This document shows positions 1-9,811 of a stretch of 64,000 nucleotides of DNA, in pieces; position 1 is the stretch's first letter; each line of letters starts with the position of its first letter. Location: positions 72,455 through 136,454 of the IMG/VR virus record IMGVR_UViG_3300035490_000050; one strand, given 5' to 3'. The DNA comes from a virus. The notes beneath the pieces are model-generated. The model was given only the letters and a program-made list of their open reading frames with translations, made no database searches and was not told the origin of the DNA. A program made the translations under genes and the position numbers.

Positions 1-2
1 TC

Positions 3-347
3 AAGAAAAAGAACTCGGTCAATGAACCTTTTAAGGCGTCATGGCTTCCCGTTTGGAGGGAAGATCACGATGAAATTTCAACCGAATCATGGCTTCAAAG
101 TATGCTCACTGATTTAGTTCTTGAGGACCATCTCTTTAAGGTTGATATTCCTCTGCCAACCAAAGAAGCGCAAAGGAAAATAAGAGACTTGGCATCGAAG
201 AAACTAGAAGAGATCGAAACAGCTAACATTATTCCTGACCAGCAATTGTCAACCTGCGATCATCCTTATCCCTGCGTATTCCGAAACCCATGCCATTCTC
301 AGCAAGAGCCGAGTGGACGGCATGGGTTTGTCAGAATTACAACCTAG
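3..347 (+). CDS. Partial CDS (5' end outside window), Cys-rich C-terminus, possibly a nuclease C-terminal cluster
   Basis: Frame open from window start to TAG at 345-347; ends TCDHPYPCVFRNPC. Confidence 0.45.
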   Translation, partial: KKKNSVNEPFKASWLPVWREDHDEISTESWLQSMLTDLVLEDHLFKVDIPLPTKEAQRKIRDLASKKLEEIETANIIPDQQLSTCDHPYPCVFRNPCHSQQEPSGRHGFVRITT

Positions 348-430
348 ACGTTGCGTTGCATCGCAGGACAAAACGACACGCCACAAGACGGGATGAGGCG
401 TAGTGGGGCGTTGTGGTGCGCGGCGGTGCG
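346..430. repeat. Degenerate pentanucleotide array, 17 x NNRYR
   Basis: agacg ttgcg ttgca tcgca ggaca aaacg acacg ccaca agacg ggatg aggcg tagtg gggcg ttgtg gtgcg cggcg gtgcg. Confidence 0.75.
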
Positions 431-454
431 GATGAATTTATGGTAATAATATAC

Positions 455-483
455 TTGACATTCCACGATTGTAGGTCTATATT
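455..483 (+). promoter_or_regulatory. sigma70-type promoter of transposase
   Basis: TTGACA-17-TATATT; ATG 6 nt after the -10 box. Confidence 0.7.
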
Positions 484-489
484 TGAATC

Positions 490-1455
490 ATGGAAACGCC
501 AAAGACTCTCCGAGATGCAATTATCTGGTTTGCGGATTTCGAGCATTGCCGCAAGTTCATGGTACAACTGCGCTGGCCTGATGGCGCTGTAAAGTGCCCG
601 ATCTGCGGTGCGGAGAAGGTCACCTATCTGGAAAAGCAGCGTGTGTGGAAGTGCTACGCCAAACACGAGCGACCGACATTCTCCCTCAAGACTGGCACGA
701 TATTTGAAGACTCTCCGATTCCGCTGGAGAAGTGGCTGTGCGCGGCATGGCTGCTCATCAACTGCAAGAACGGGATTAGCTCGTATGAAATACATCGTGA
801 TCTTGGTGTGACACAGAAAACAGCTTGGTTTATGCTTCACCGGATTCGGCTGGCAATGCGAGAGGGTGGATTCGACAAGTTGGGTGGTGAGGGTGGCCCA
901 GTGGAAGTCGATGAATGTTTCATTGGCCCGAAGCCTCAGAAAATGCATCGCTATAAGAGACTCGCCTTGCAGAGCGGCATCAACGCAAGGGCGAAGAATC
1001 CCATTATGGGGATGCTGGACCGTGAGAGCCGTAAGGTCCGCGCGAAGGTAGTTCCAGATGTGAAGCGGAGCACGTTGCAGCGGGAGATTCTGAACCATAT
1101 CGAAAAGGGTTCCAAGGTCTACACCGATGGGTGGCCGGGATATGATAATCTGGCCGCGCAGGAGTACATTCACGAGACGGTCAACCACGTCGAGGAATAT
1201 GTACGTGGACAGGTTCACACTCAGGGAATCGACAACTTTTGGAGTCTCCTGAGACGCGGCCTGACCGGAACGTATATTGCCGTGGAACCGTTCCATCTTG
1301 ACCGCTATGTTGGGGAGCAGGTATTCCGCTACAACAACCGCTTGATCTCCGACGCTGAGCGGTTCACTACCGTCATGAAGCAAATCGTCGGTCGTCGGCT
1401 GACGTATGATGAACTGACAGGCAAGACTGAACGCTCATCAGAGATGCGTCCTTGA
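490..1455 (+). CDS. IS1595-family (ISXO2-like) DDE transposase
   Basis: N-terminal zinc ribbon (RWPDGAVKCPIC), GISS..IHRDLGVTQKTAWFMLHRIR, VEVDE, YTDG, VNH, HTQGIDNFWS. Confidence 0.95.
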   Translation: METPKTLRDAIIWFADFEHCRKFMVQLRWPDGAVKCPICGAEKVTYLEKQRVWKCYAKHERPTFSLKTGTIFEDSPIPLEKWLCAAWLLINCKNGISSYEIHRDLGVTQKTAWFMLHRIRLAMREGGFDKLGGEGGPVEVDECFIGPKPQKMHRYKRLALQSGINARAKNPIMGMLDRESRKVRAKVVPDVKRSTLQREILNHIEKGSKVYTDGWPGYDNLAAQEYIHETVNHVEEYVRGQVHTQGIDNFWSLLRRGLTGTYIAVEPFHLDRYVGEQVFRYNNRLISDAERFTTVMKQIVGRRLTYDELTGKTERSSEMRP

Positions 1456-1507
1456 AGCAGAAGAAGAGGCAGGGACGCGGCAAGCGCAAGCCCGCTTCGG
1501 GAGGGTT

Positions 1508-1699
1508 ATGACGGAACCAGCCTTCGATTCAACGCCAGAATTCCAACACTTCACGGAAGTCATGCGAGGCGTGTTGTCGGTTCCTAAAAAGCGTTTAGAT
1601 GAACTCGTTGCGGCTGCAAAGGAAACTTCGCCTCGCAACGGCAATCGGAGTGCGCCTGGGAGAAAGGCCGGAACTGTCAAGAGGCGCAAACGGAAGTAA
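1508..1699 (+). CDS. Small basic protein inside the IS
   Basis: GGGAGGG RBS; directly downstream of transposase, within the TIRs. Confidence 0.6.
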   Translation: MTEPAFDSTPEFQHFTEVMRGVLSVPKKRLDELVAAAKETSPRNGNRSAPGRKAGTVKRRKRK

Positions 1700-1708
1700 T
1701 TCTTGGAC

Positions 1709-2803
1709 TTAGGAGCCTTTACCAACCTTGTAGGCTAAATCCCAAAGGCTCCGAGCAATCTTCCGAACATTCACTTCAGCATCTCTCCCACTAATGGGTA
1801 AGGATAACGCCGCAGCCTTGAGTCCCCTTAAAGCGAAGAGGTTGCTCAGTAGTTGGACCCGCATGGAGAAGCGTTGGAGGGCATAGCCTGCCTCCACTCT
1901 GTCGCACCACGTCTTAAGCGGCCCAGTAAATTCATGTCCCTGCGGATAGTGAAATTCGCAAGCATCCGTATAGTCCACATCATTCGCATCGATCAGGGAA
2001 CGCATCTTTGCGTCCGGCATGGTACGTACCTCTTCTTCTGTGTACTTGGGCGTCGGTCGTGGTCCAAGTTCATTTAGGAACTGGAGCAATTTTACCGAGA
2101 GTCGAAGCGCATGTCTCTGTAGAGGCTCAAGCACAATATCCTCTGGTAAAACCAACAGATCATCTTCCATACTCTCGGTCGTCACAGGTGGGTCGTTTTG
2201 ATAAGAGTACGTGACCTCCACTCGCTTTATTTGGCCCTCAAACGGATCGCGGGAAACAGGATCAAGTCCAGGTGCCTTAAAATCGCCTCTGTCCACCTTA
2301 AACACCAAACTATCGCCGACGATTTTGTGCTTCAATACTTCTGTTACATCAGGTTTGTCGCCTCCTTCAGCGAACGCTCGGAACTCGGCTTTGATGATGT
2401 TCAACTGCGATGCAGATGAGTCAGTTCTTGACAACTTTTTTAACAAGGCATCTCTCTCCACAATTGCGGCCTGCTGAGATTCCATGGAACCTTTCAATCG
2501 CATCACAGAAATAGTAGTGCCGAACGTGCATAGCACCACAAAAGCCCAAGGAATCGCTATAGAGACCGTTCCGTTTTCAGCCAAAACAACTCCGACCCCT
2601 ACGGCGAGAAGAAGTGCCGCAATTGCAGGCCAATAAAGTCCAATTTTATTGCGCCGAGTCGTCTCAGGCATTTTGATACCCGCCTGAGCAGCGAATATCC
2701 TGTTCTGCTCTCTGAATATTTGGTTTTGCTGCCAGCCGAAGAATATACCTGCCGCGTTGCTTGTGATCGCAACAATCGCAACGATCAAATCGAACGTGCT
2801 CAT
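1709..2803 (-). CDS. Membrane protein, IS passenger
   Basis: 364 aa, three N-terminal hydrophobic segments; TTGACA-17-TACCTT promoter with -35 in right TIR. Confidence 0.75.
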   Translation of the reverse strand: MSTFDLIVAIVAITSNAAGIFFGWQQNQIFREQNRIFAAQAGIKMPETTRRNKIGLYWPAIAALLLAVGVGVVLAENGTVSIAIPWAFVVLCTFGTTISVMRLKGSMESQQAAIVERDALLKKLSRTDSSASQLNIIKAEFRAFAEGGDKPDVTEVLKHKIVGDSLVFKVDRGDFKAPGLDPVSRDPFEGQIKRVEVTYSYQNDPPVTTESMEDDLLVLPEDIVLEPLQRHALRLSVKLLQFLNELGPRPTPKYTEEEVRTMPDAKMRSLIDANDVDYTDACEFHYPQGHEFTGPLKTWCDRVEAGYALQRFSMRVQLLSNLFALRGLKAAALSLPISGRDAEVNVRKIARSLWDLAYKVGKGS

Positions 2804-2866
2804 ATTCCAAGCCCTCGAAGCAGTTGCCTACAAAGGTAAAGGAACGCTCGTGGAATGTCAAGTATA

Positions 2867-3118
2867 TTATTGCCATTTCTTTTCCTCTCCCTCTACCTGC
2901 GTATTCGGCCAGCGTTTCCTTGCTTCTTCGATGGGCATTTCCTGTGTGAACTCAATCATGCTAGGCAAATCCTGCGGAAGAGGATCAAGAACTTGAAACT
3001 CAATCTTTCCCTCGGCGAACATAGTCCTGTGCGCGAACAGGAGGCTGTACAGTGCCAACTCCTCTTGCGTTGGAGGAGGAACGCGATGAATCGACCCATC
3101 ACTCCATTGGTAAAGCAT
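2867..3118 (-). CDS. Hypothetical phage protein
   Basis: RBS; stop codon lies inside IS right end. Confidence 0.5.
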   Translation of the reverse strand: MLYQWSDGSIHRVPPPTQEELALYSLLFAHRTMFAEGKIEFQVLDPLPQDLPSMIEFTQEMPIEEARKRWPNTQVEGEEKKWQ

Positions 3119-3563
3119 ATCTTTTCTCCTTAAACTCAAGCGCGTCAAGATAGTCCTTGCGCTGAGGGCATCGACACTCTTCCACTGCACCGAAAGGCAT
3201 ACCGGGAACTATGTGAATGTGAATCATACAGAATGGATGCGTTCCAACGGTACGGTGTGCTTCAATCTCGTTCTTGTAGGGAGCAAAATTAGGACGCATA
3301 GCCTCCCATGTTTCAGGACTCATATCCGCTCCGTTTTGATATTTGAGCGGCTCAGGAAACTGCTTGTCGAAATCCTCTTTCATCTTGAGAAGTCCGCTAA
3401 GAGTAATAGGTTGAGTCTCTATTGGAGATGGATGGTACGGAGCGTTGTTGATCGGAGTGCCATTAAACATCCCTGTTACGGCATCCTGAGAGGCAAAGAA
3501 CTCTTCCATCTCCTCTGGCGACCACTCTCTTTCACTTGGCGGATTCTGGTTTGCGTCCATCAT
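3099..3563 (-). CDS. Hypothetical phage protein
   Basis: GGAGG RBS, tightly packed minus-strand run. Confidence 0.6.
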   Translation of the reverse strand: MMDANQNPPSEREWSPEEMEEFFASQDAVTGMFNGTPINNAPYHPSPIETQPITLSGLLKMKEDFDKQFPEPLKYQNGADMSPETWEAMRPNFAPYKNEIEAHRTVGTHPFCMIHIHIVPGMPFGAVEECRCPQRKDYLDALEFKEKRYALPME

Positions 3564-3897
3564 TAGCCTCCAACATTAAATCGTCTGCTCTTCCACAACC
3601 GGGAAAACCAAAGTAGCACCTTCCCATATCCTTTTTTGGTAATCCGCAGTAAATACAATCCAAATCACTCTTGGCCAGTATGCCACGGAGCTTATCGTTC
3701 TCATCTTTGAAACGCGCTAGGATTTTCTCGTGGTCGCTAGTCCACATCATCGAACCGTTAGGCTCATCGGCGCTGTCTACGAGAGCCTGCAACCTATCGG
3801 CCTTAGCTTTCGTGCAGGACATGCATAGGTCACCTTCTTCGAACTCGTAGCCGTCAGGAACGTGGACGGAAACGTTGCAGTTGGCGCACTCGCTCAT
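3532..3897 (-). CDS. Hypothetical Cys-rich protein
   Basis: CxxC pairs; RBS. Confidence 0.6.
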   Translation of the reverse strand: MSECANCNVSVHVPDGYEFEEGDLCMSCTKAKADRLQALVDSADEPNGSMMWTSDHEKILARFKDENDKLRGILAKSDLDCIYCGLPKKDMGRCYFGFPGCGRADDLMLEANDGRKPESAK

Positions 3898-4319
3898 CAG
3901 TATTCTCCGATCATCGTGCCGCAACGCTTGCAATGAATGGAACCACGCTCTTTCGTCGGCCTTCCCTCAAGCCATTTATCCCTGACCCAGTCGTTAAGTC
4001 CGCGTGCGGAGGACTCCATAAAGAACCGAGAAGGAGTACTGTAGTCCAGCGGCTCATTGAGCGCCGTCGCCACACCGCCATCTGGATAAAAGTCATGCGG
4101 TCCATCGTGAAACATTTGGAGACGACAAATTCCTCCCGGTCCTGGATTCTGGCATACGGGTATGGAGCGTTTGCGGTTCTCCTCTATCTGCACTTTAATG
4201 TTGTCCCAATAAGGATCGTCATCATAGACGCCCTTCCACGGAACAAACAGCGGTATCCGTACACCGTCTTGGTGCCCCTTGAATCGGCAGACAAAGTTGC
4301 GCATGAACCATTTTTTCAT
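3897..4319 (-). CDS. Hypothetical protein
   Basis: CRFKGH...CKRCG motif, coupled ORFs. Confidence 0.6.
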   Translation of the reverse strand: MKKWFMRNFVCRFKGHQDGVRIPLFVPWKGVYDDDPYWDNIKVQIEENRKRSIPVCQNPGPGGICRLQMFHDGPHDFYPDGGVATALNEPLDYSTPSRFFMESSARGLNDWVRDKWLEGRPTKERGSIHCKRCGTMIGEY

Positions 4320-4485
4320 TCAGTCCCTCTGATCGCCTTCTCGATACGTTCGGTGTAGTAATGGCGAAACACCTTTGTTAAGCAATACGCCGCTTCTGCG
4401 TAATCAAGCGTTCTGGATTCATAAATAACATCCTTAAATAGTGCATCAAATACTCGCGCTGCCGCTTGTTTGATTTCGTCTTCGC

Positions 4486-4902
4486 TCATGGCTTTTCCAC
4501 CTTACAGTCTTTGAGAGGCTTTCCTGGTATCCACTTATAGCGTCCAGCCTCAACACGTTCTCCAGTAAGACCGTCCGCCAGTTTCTCCGCTTCTGCATCG
4601 GAGAGGTCGAATACGGTTATAGGCATGGTTCTCAGTAACTCACCCCGAAGCCGATTAGACTCGTTCAACATGCGCTCCATCTCCCCGTACAGGATTTCTC
4701 CAAACACCCAAAGCATAGCGCGTAGTTCTTCATCGTTTGCAGGGAGTTCATCGTTTATCCATGACGCGAAGGCATCAGCAGTCATGCGGATAGGATGCAT
4801 CTCAATGTGCATCATCTCGTTTGCTTTCCTTGGAACATCAGGCTTCTTCGGCATGATCTCCGCAAGTCTTTTCATCAGGGGTGAGCGATGGTCAGGCATC
4901 AT
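4486..4902 (-). CDS. Hypothetical protein
   Basis: GGAGG RBS, coupled to upstream ORF. Confidence 0.6.
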   Translation of the reverse strand: MMPDHRSPLMKRLAEIMPKKPDVPRKANEMMHIEMHPIRMTADAFASWINDELPANDEELRAMLWVFGEILYGEMERMLNESNRLRGELLRTMPITVFDLSDAEAEKLADGLTGERVEAGRYKWIPGKPLKDCKVEKP

Positions 4903-5198
4903 TTCTCCTCCAACGGGTACTCACCCGGCATAGCAAGTTGCAACCCCACTGGCATCATCGAGTGATGATGTGGTTGAGAGAGGATAAGGTCAGCACCTTT
5001 CGCTATTGACTCACGCTCACTGTCTGAAAATCGGAAGCGTGTAAAAGAAACAGGATTAGGAGAATCGCAATCTCTATGGTCTGGCGACTCGCACCAAATT
5101 CTCGCCACGATGATAGGATAATATTCCTCTTGGCCAAGAGCGATAACCTGCTCGGCTTCAACTTCGCGTTCAGTGAGAACTGGAGATATAGAATTCAT
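4899..5198 (-). CDS. Hypothetical protein
   Basis: GGGGGAGG RBS before MNSISP. Confidence 0.6.
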   Translation of the reverse strand: MNSISPVLTEREVEAEQVIALGQEEYYPIIVARIWCESPDHRDCDSPNPVSFTRFRFSDSERESIAKGADLILSQPHHHSMMPVGLQLAMPGEYPLEEK

Positions 5199-5249
5199 TG
5201 TTTCCTCCCCCGTAAGCATCGTCTCACAAGCAAGCATAATATGCAAGCA

Positions 5250-5489
5250 TTAGTTCGGTTTTATTTCAACAATAGGAGATGTTTGGTGATCTATCTCTTT
5301 GTTAACCCACTCGAACACATCCCATTCTGAAACATTGAAAGCCTTTGCCACATGGCGCACAATATCTGCGATCACGATTCCGTACTCTTCGTATCGCATA
5401 TTGTCGCTGTGAATGTGCGTCTCTATGTCGCCGTCACCATTCTTAAAGACGACCAAGAGAGGATTTTCAATCGGGATGATCTTCTCCAT
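5250..5489 (-). CDS. Hypothetical protein
   Basis: AGGAG RBS. Confidence 0.6.
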   Translation of the reverse strand: MEKIIPIENPLLVVFKNGDGDIETHIHSDNMRYEEYGIVIADIVRHVAKAFNVSEWDVFEWVNKEIDHQTSPIVEIKPN

Positions 5490-5491
5490 CG

Positions 5492-6229
5492 CTATACTCC
5501 TTTCGCATCGACTCCAAAGTTCTTCTCGTCAAACTGCTCATTGTATTCTTTACTCCCAATAAAAAATCCCCATTTGTCTCTAAATGTCAATCTATCAGCG
5601 TCGGCTTGCATTTCAATTTCCTTCTTCTCTCTTGGTGGTGCATTCTTGATTGTAGAGCTACCATAGTGGAAGAAAGGTACTTGGGCATGATTCAACCGTA
5701 TCCCTTTCCTATGCGCTCTAACATGGAGGTCGCAATCCGAAGCGTAATTTATCATGGTTTCGTCCAGTCCCCCAAACTTATTCCATGCTTCCTTGCGCCA
5801 TAGGAGACAAGAGAAGTCTGGATTCGGATTGATAGGCTGGACAGGAAAAGGCTTTTCTAAGTCTTCCATCGTTACTCTGTGACCGTCAATGTCCTGCACA
5901 CCTGAGACGACAGGAAGATTGAGTTCAAGCAGTAGACGATAGTAGGACGGCGGCATGATCGTGTCTGATCCGGGGCATAGGCAATAGTCGGCGCTCATTG
6001 CATCGAACACCCACTTCAAGCCGACATTGATTCCATGGCTAAATCCAGTGTTGGTTTGTAACCTCATACATGGAATATCTTCCACGCATGAAAAATACAC
6101 CACGGTATCATCACTGCTCCCATTGTCAACGATGAATATGGAAACAGGTATATCCTGCTTGCGCAAGGACTCGACACATTGTTTTGTAAGGTCCAGATTA
6201 TCGTGCGTGAGTATGAGTACAGGATTCAT
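5492..6229 (-). CDS. Glycosyltransferase family 2
   Basis: IFIVDNGSSD, NTGFSHGINVG, GGLDE, D.DL motifs. Confidence 0.88.
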   Translation of the reverse strand: MNPVLILTHDNLDLTKQCVESLRKQDIPVSIFIVDNGSSDDTVVYFSCVEDIPCMRLQTNTGFSHGINVGLKWVFDAMSADYCLCPGSDTIMPPSYYRLLLELNLPVVSGVQDIDGHRVTMEDLEKPFPVQPINPNPDFSCLLWRKEAWNKFGGLDETMINYASDCDLHVRAHRKGIRLNHAQVPFFHYGSSTIKNAPPREKKEIEMQADADRLTFRDKWGFFIGSKEYNEQFDEKNFGVDAKGV

Positions 6230-6233
6230 AATG

Positions 6234-6890
6234 TCACCATTTCTTTCTGTCTGGATGAAGTTTGTCATAGGCAGAACTAGTAATTGCTCTGCAAATCTTA
6301 CATGTTCTTCCGCCATGTCTTTTGTCAATATACACATTATCATCTGATAAAACATGACCACGCTTGCAATGAGTTCTCTTTCTACGGTTGATAACCTGTT
6401 CATGAGGTGTAGCCCAACGAACATTACCCGGTTCATAATTTCCGTTTGTGTCGGGATAGCGGTCAATGCTCATCGTGAAATCAGGTCGCGGTCCCATATA
6501 GTCAAAAAATTCTTCAAAGGAATTTTCCCATTCTCGGCAAACGCGAATTCCTCTCCCTCCGTACAGGTTATAATCTTTGAACTTTGGGTTGTTGCAGCGA
6601 GTTTTCATCGCAGCCCAAATTCTATATTCGGCAGTTGTAGCGAGAACGCGAGATTGGCCATGTGTAGTCGTCCTAGCGATGGTGTTTTCATCTCGTAGGC
6701 ATCCGCAACTGCGAGAATTTCCATGTGTCAAATGATATGTATTTACTCTTGTCTCTTTTCCGCACATGCATTTGCATATCCAGATTGTTTTCTTGTCTTT
6801 TTGGTCTTTGAAATACGACATAACAGTTAAGCGTCCGAACACTTGGCCGATAAGATTGATTGGTGGTACAGTTGCTTGTGGGGTTGTCAT
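6234..6890 (-). CDS. Phage HNH-type homing endonuclease-like protein
   Basis: GQVFGRLTV, WICKCMCG, SCGC, YGGRGIRVC, SIDRYPDTNGNYEPGNVRWAT, THCKRGH. Confidence 0.85.
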   Translation of the reverse strand: MTTPQATVPPINLIGQVFGRLTVMSYFKDQKDKKTIWICKCMCGKETRVNTYHLTHGNSRSCGCLRDENTIARTTTHGQSRVLATTAEYRIWAAMKTRCNNPKFKDYNLYGGRGIRVCREWENSFEEFFDYMGPRPDFTMSIDRYPDTNGNYEPGNVRWATPHEQVINRRKRTHCKRGHVLSDDNVYIDKRHGGRTCKICRAITSSAYDKLHPDRKKW

Positions 6891-6950
6891 TCGTCCTCCT
6901 GTGACGATAGGTGAGAGCCGGGGTTCCAGCCCCGACAACCCCATTATACA

Positions 6951-7565
6951 TCAACTGTGGACAACCATACACTGAGTAAATCGCCCATGTTTGATACCTT
7001 TGGCTACTAACTCGTTGATTAGTATACCATCACTTACGCCATACATATCTACTTTATGTGGCCACTCTTCAGGAAACCAATCCCGCCGAATCAGGTACGC
7101 CGTTTTGTCGCAACGACACGCTTCAGGGTATGCGTCGAAGTAGAAATACGGCATGTCTGGACGCCCCTGTACAAAATTGCAAATCACTAGTTCAAAGTTT
7201 CCTTCCTCCGCAAATGGGATCACTCTTTCGGCAAAGTATTTTGCGTATATTGAATCGCAATTTGGGAACATTAGATATTTTCCCGTCGTCATCTTTACGC
7301 CGATCTCTGCTGCATCGTAAAGTGAGGGGATGCCAACTCGCGGGAAGTTCGTTAATGCGTTGTCATGAGTCCACTCATAACGAATGCGCGGGTCCATTCG
7401 ACACAGCAATTCAATCTTTGCTCTGCACATAGGATCGTCACTGTTATCGGTGACGATGGCTTCCCAGTCCGTGAACGTTTGGTCGATAATAGACGAAAGG
7501 CAGGTTCGCATACTGTTTGGGCGATTGAAACTTCCGATAATCCACGACAGCAGAGGTTCACTCAT
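6951..7565 (-). CDS. Glycosyltransferase family 2
   Basis: FNRPNSMRTCLSSIIDQTFTDWEAIVTDN. Confidence 0.85.
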   Translation of the reverse strand: MSEPLLSWIIGSFNRPNSMRTCLSSIIDQTFTDWEAIVTDNSDDPMCRAKIELLCRMDPRIRYEWTHDNALTNFPRVGIPSLYDAAEIGVKMTTGKYLMFPNCDSIYAKYFAERVIPFAEEGNFELVICNFVQGRPDMPYFYFDAYPEACRCDKTAYLIRRDWFPEEWPHKVDMYGVSDGILINELVAKGIKHGRFTQCMVVHS

Positions 7566-8239
7566 AACTCTCCCCATTCTCTACCGATATTCCTAACGGT
7601 AGGTTCTGACTTTTTGCGTTCATATACTGACTGGTTGGCATACAGTTCGTAAACCGCTGGCGGATGCCATTGATGATGTACGAGAATATCGGTGAAGATA
7701 AACTCTACTCCTTCGCGCCGAAGTCGATCTGCAAAATCATCGTCTTCCCATCCCGCTCCGATAAAGTCTTCATCGAATCCCCGCAGCCGTTCAAACCACT
7801 CACGCTTGATCGCTCCGCAGAAAAAGTAGGGACGAGGACGGTCGATTCCACAATAGAGTTCACGTTCTGTTCCGTCCTCATTCAAGGCAATCACTCTGGC
7901 AAACACGGCGTTTGTAGGCGTCACGAGCGCAGTAAGTTTCTCAATAGTCTGCGAGTCAATATGCTTGCACTCTGCGTTTTGGAGAATGATAATATCTCCT
8001 ATCGCCTGCCGCAGACCGCAATTCAACGGTCTCGCTGAATTACGTCGAGCGGTAGGATCGGGGCGAGAAGGATGACAATATCTCACCCCATACTCTTCGC
8101 AAATCACTGGAGTCTCATCGTCTGCGCCATCGTCTACCACGATGATTTCGTAGTCTTTGAAACTCTGGAGACGAATTGACTCAAGTGTATTCCTTAGTTG
8201 ATGAGGACGATTGTAAGATGTCATTACTATTGAAAGCAT
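7562..8239 (-). CDS. Glycosyltransferase family 2 (GT7-like C-terminus)
   Basis: SIVMTSYNR, IIVVDDG, GFDEDFIGAGWEDDD, HHQWH. Confidence 0.9.
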   Translation of the reverse strand: MLSIVMTSYNRPHQLRNTLESIRLQSFKDYEIIVVDDGADDETPVICEEYGVRYCHPSRPDPTARRNSARPLNCGLRQAIGDIIILQNAECKHIDSQTIEKLTALVTPTNAVFARVIALNEDGTERELYCGIDRPRPYFFCGAIKREWFERLRGFDEDFIGAGWEDDDFADRLRREGVEFIFTDILVHHQWHPPAVYELYANQSVYERKKSEPTVRNIGREWGEL

Positions 8240-8736
8240 CACCTTTTCCTCCAAAGTAGAGCCGTCCATGGAACTTGGCGGTCATCGACTAAAATCAGTG
8301 TAAGACCAGCAGATGCATCCTGATATTCTGTCCTCTCAAAGTCATGCGCCACAACTAAAGAGCGTCCTATGTGTGAAGCTACCCATTTCAGGGTATCGCA
8401 GCGCCTATCCAGAGATAAACTATTGTCAACAAAAATCAAGTCAAAAGCATCTAAGGACACATCTTCAAGAAACAGTTCGATAGGTTCAGGACAGATCACT
8501 ATCTTATGGCGCGGATCGTCCTCGGCAATTACCCACTTTCTGTCCTGCTCTACGGTTACAAGTTCTCCAAGGTTGGGATAGTATCTACGGCTTAGAAATG
8601 TGCGCGTAGAGAACTCTCCCGCGCCAAGCTCAAGAACGCTTGTGATGCCAGGACCAATGAGACGCAGCAGGTTCAAATGCGTAGCGAATATGTCTGACTG
8701 CGGCTCGTATTCAGAGATCGCCTGTGAAAAGTTCAT
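8239..8736 (-). CDS. Class I SAM-dependent methyltransferase-like protein
   Basis: VLELGAG.FST, TVE, FDLIFVD, VVAHD. Confidence 0.7.
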   Translation of the reverse strand: MNFSQAISEYEPQSDIFATHLNLLRLIGPGITSVLELGAGEFSTRTFLSRRYYPNLGELVTVEQDRKWVIAEDDPRHKIVICPEPIELFLEDVSLDAFDLIFVDNSLSLDRRCDTLKWVASHIGRSLVVAHDFERTEYQDASAGLTLILVDDRQVPWTALLWRKR

Positions 8737-9809
8737 AGTTGTCTCGTCGCTTTCAATGCGGCGGCTACCACCTGATCCATATTCAGGTACTTGTACTGTG
8801 CCAGCCTTCCAATGAATATAACATCCTTTTCTTTTGCTGCCAACTGACGGTACTGGGCAGCAAGAGCCTCGTTTGCTGCGGTGGGAATAGGATAGTACGG
8901 TTCTCCTTCGGCTTCTGGGTATTCCCACACAATCGAAGTTCCATCCACCCTTTGCCCGGTCAAATGCTTGAACTCTGTGATACGAGTATAAGGGAAATCA
9001 TTGGGATAGTTGACTGTCCCGACTGGCTGTAATTGGCTTATGAAAAGATAGTCATGCTCGAAGCGGAGGGAACGATACGGAAGAGAGCCAAGGCAGGAAC
9101 CGAAGTAGGCATCTAATGATCCAGTGTAGACCGTAAAGTGAGCGGAGAAGGAATCTCTTTTCTTGAAGTAATCTGTTTCCAGTTCTATGCGGATATTCTT
9201 ATGGTCCAGTATCCTTTCAAACATCTTCGTGTATCCGTTTCCCGGCATGAACTGAATGGCGTCCGTAAAATAGCGGTCGTCATAGTTGGTACGAACTGGA
9301 ATCCGTCCTGTCACTCCTGGACTTAATTCCGATAGTTCTAACCCCCATTGTTTACGAGTATAGTTGCGATAGAACTTGTCACAAAGGTCGTGACCGACAC
9401 TGGCAAGCACAGCATCCTCACTGGATTCGATACGATCCTTGGGAACGCGGACGCGGCTCAGGAATTCTCCTGCTTCGCAAGTGCTCATAGATAGATCATA
9501 AACCTGATTCAAAGTATCGCAGTTTATTGGGAAAGGAACCAACTTGCCGTCTATTTGAGAAAGAACGCGATGCTGATAAGCGTGCCAGTCTGTGAATCGG
9601 GAAAGGTAGGCAAAGACTGCTTGGCTGTTTGTATGGAAGATGTGAGGGCCGTAGCGATGAACTAATACGCCATGAGCATCATACTCATCGTAGGCGTTTC
9701 CTCCAAGATGATCTCGCTTGTCGATGATGAGGATGGAGTGTCCTGCGGAGGCTAAACGCTCTGCGACAACACACCCAGCAAATCCAGCACCGACGACTAA
9801 TACGTTCAT
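8733..9809 (-). CDS. glf: UDP-galactopyranose mutase
   Basis: VVGAGFAG, HLGGNAYD, HRYGPHIFHTN, YTRKQWG, EPYYP, GRLAQYKYLNMDQ. Confidence 0.97.
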   Translation of the reverse strand: MNVLVVGAGFAGCVVAERLASAGHSILIIDKRDHLGGNAYDEYDAHGVLVHRYGPHIFHTNSQAVFAYLSRFTDWHAYQHRVLSQIDGKLVPFPINCDTLNQVYDLSMSTCEAGEFLSRVRVPKDRIESSEDAVLASVGHDLCDKFYRNYTRKQWGLELSELSPGVTGRIPVRTNYDDRYFTDAIQFMPGNGYTKMFERILDHKNIRIELETDYFKKRDSFSAHFTVYTGSLDAYFGSCLGSLPYRSLRFEHDYLFISQLQPVGTVNYPNDFPYTRITEFKHLTGQRVDGTSIVWEYPEAEGEPYYPIPTAANEALAAQYRQLAAKEKDVIFIGRLAQYKYLNMDQVVAAALKATRQL

Positions 9810-9811
9810 CG

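Larger units (their letters stand above)
442..2874 (+). mobile_element. IS1595-family insertion sequence with passenger gene
   Basis: 27-bp terminal inverted repeats 442-468 and 2848-2874 (1 mismatch) enclosing an IS1595 transposase. Confidence 0.88.

Noticed and set aside
337-1383. 348-aa minus-strand ORF
   Set aside because: Antisense shadow of the IS1595 transposase.
434-2882. Target-site duplication of the IS
   Set aside because: Flanks GAATTTAT and ATTTCTTT do not match.
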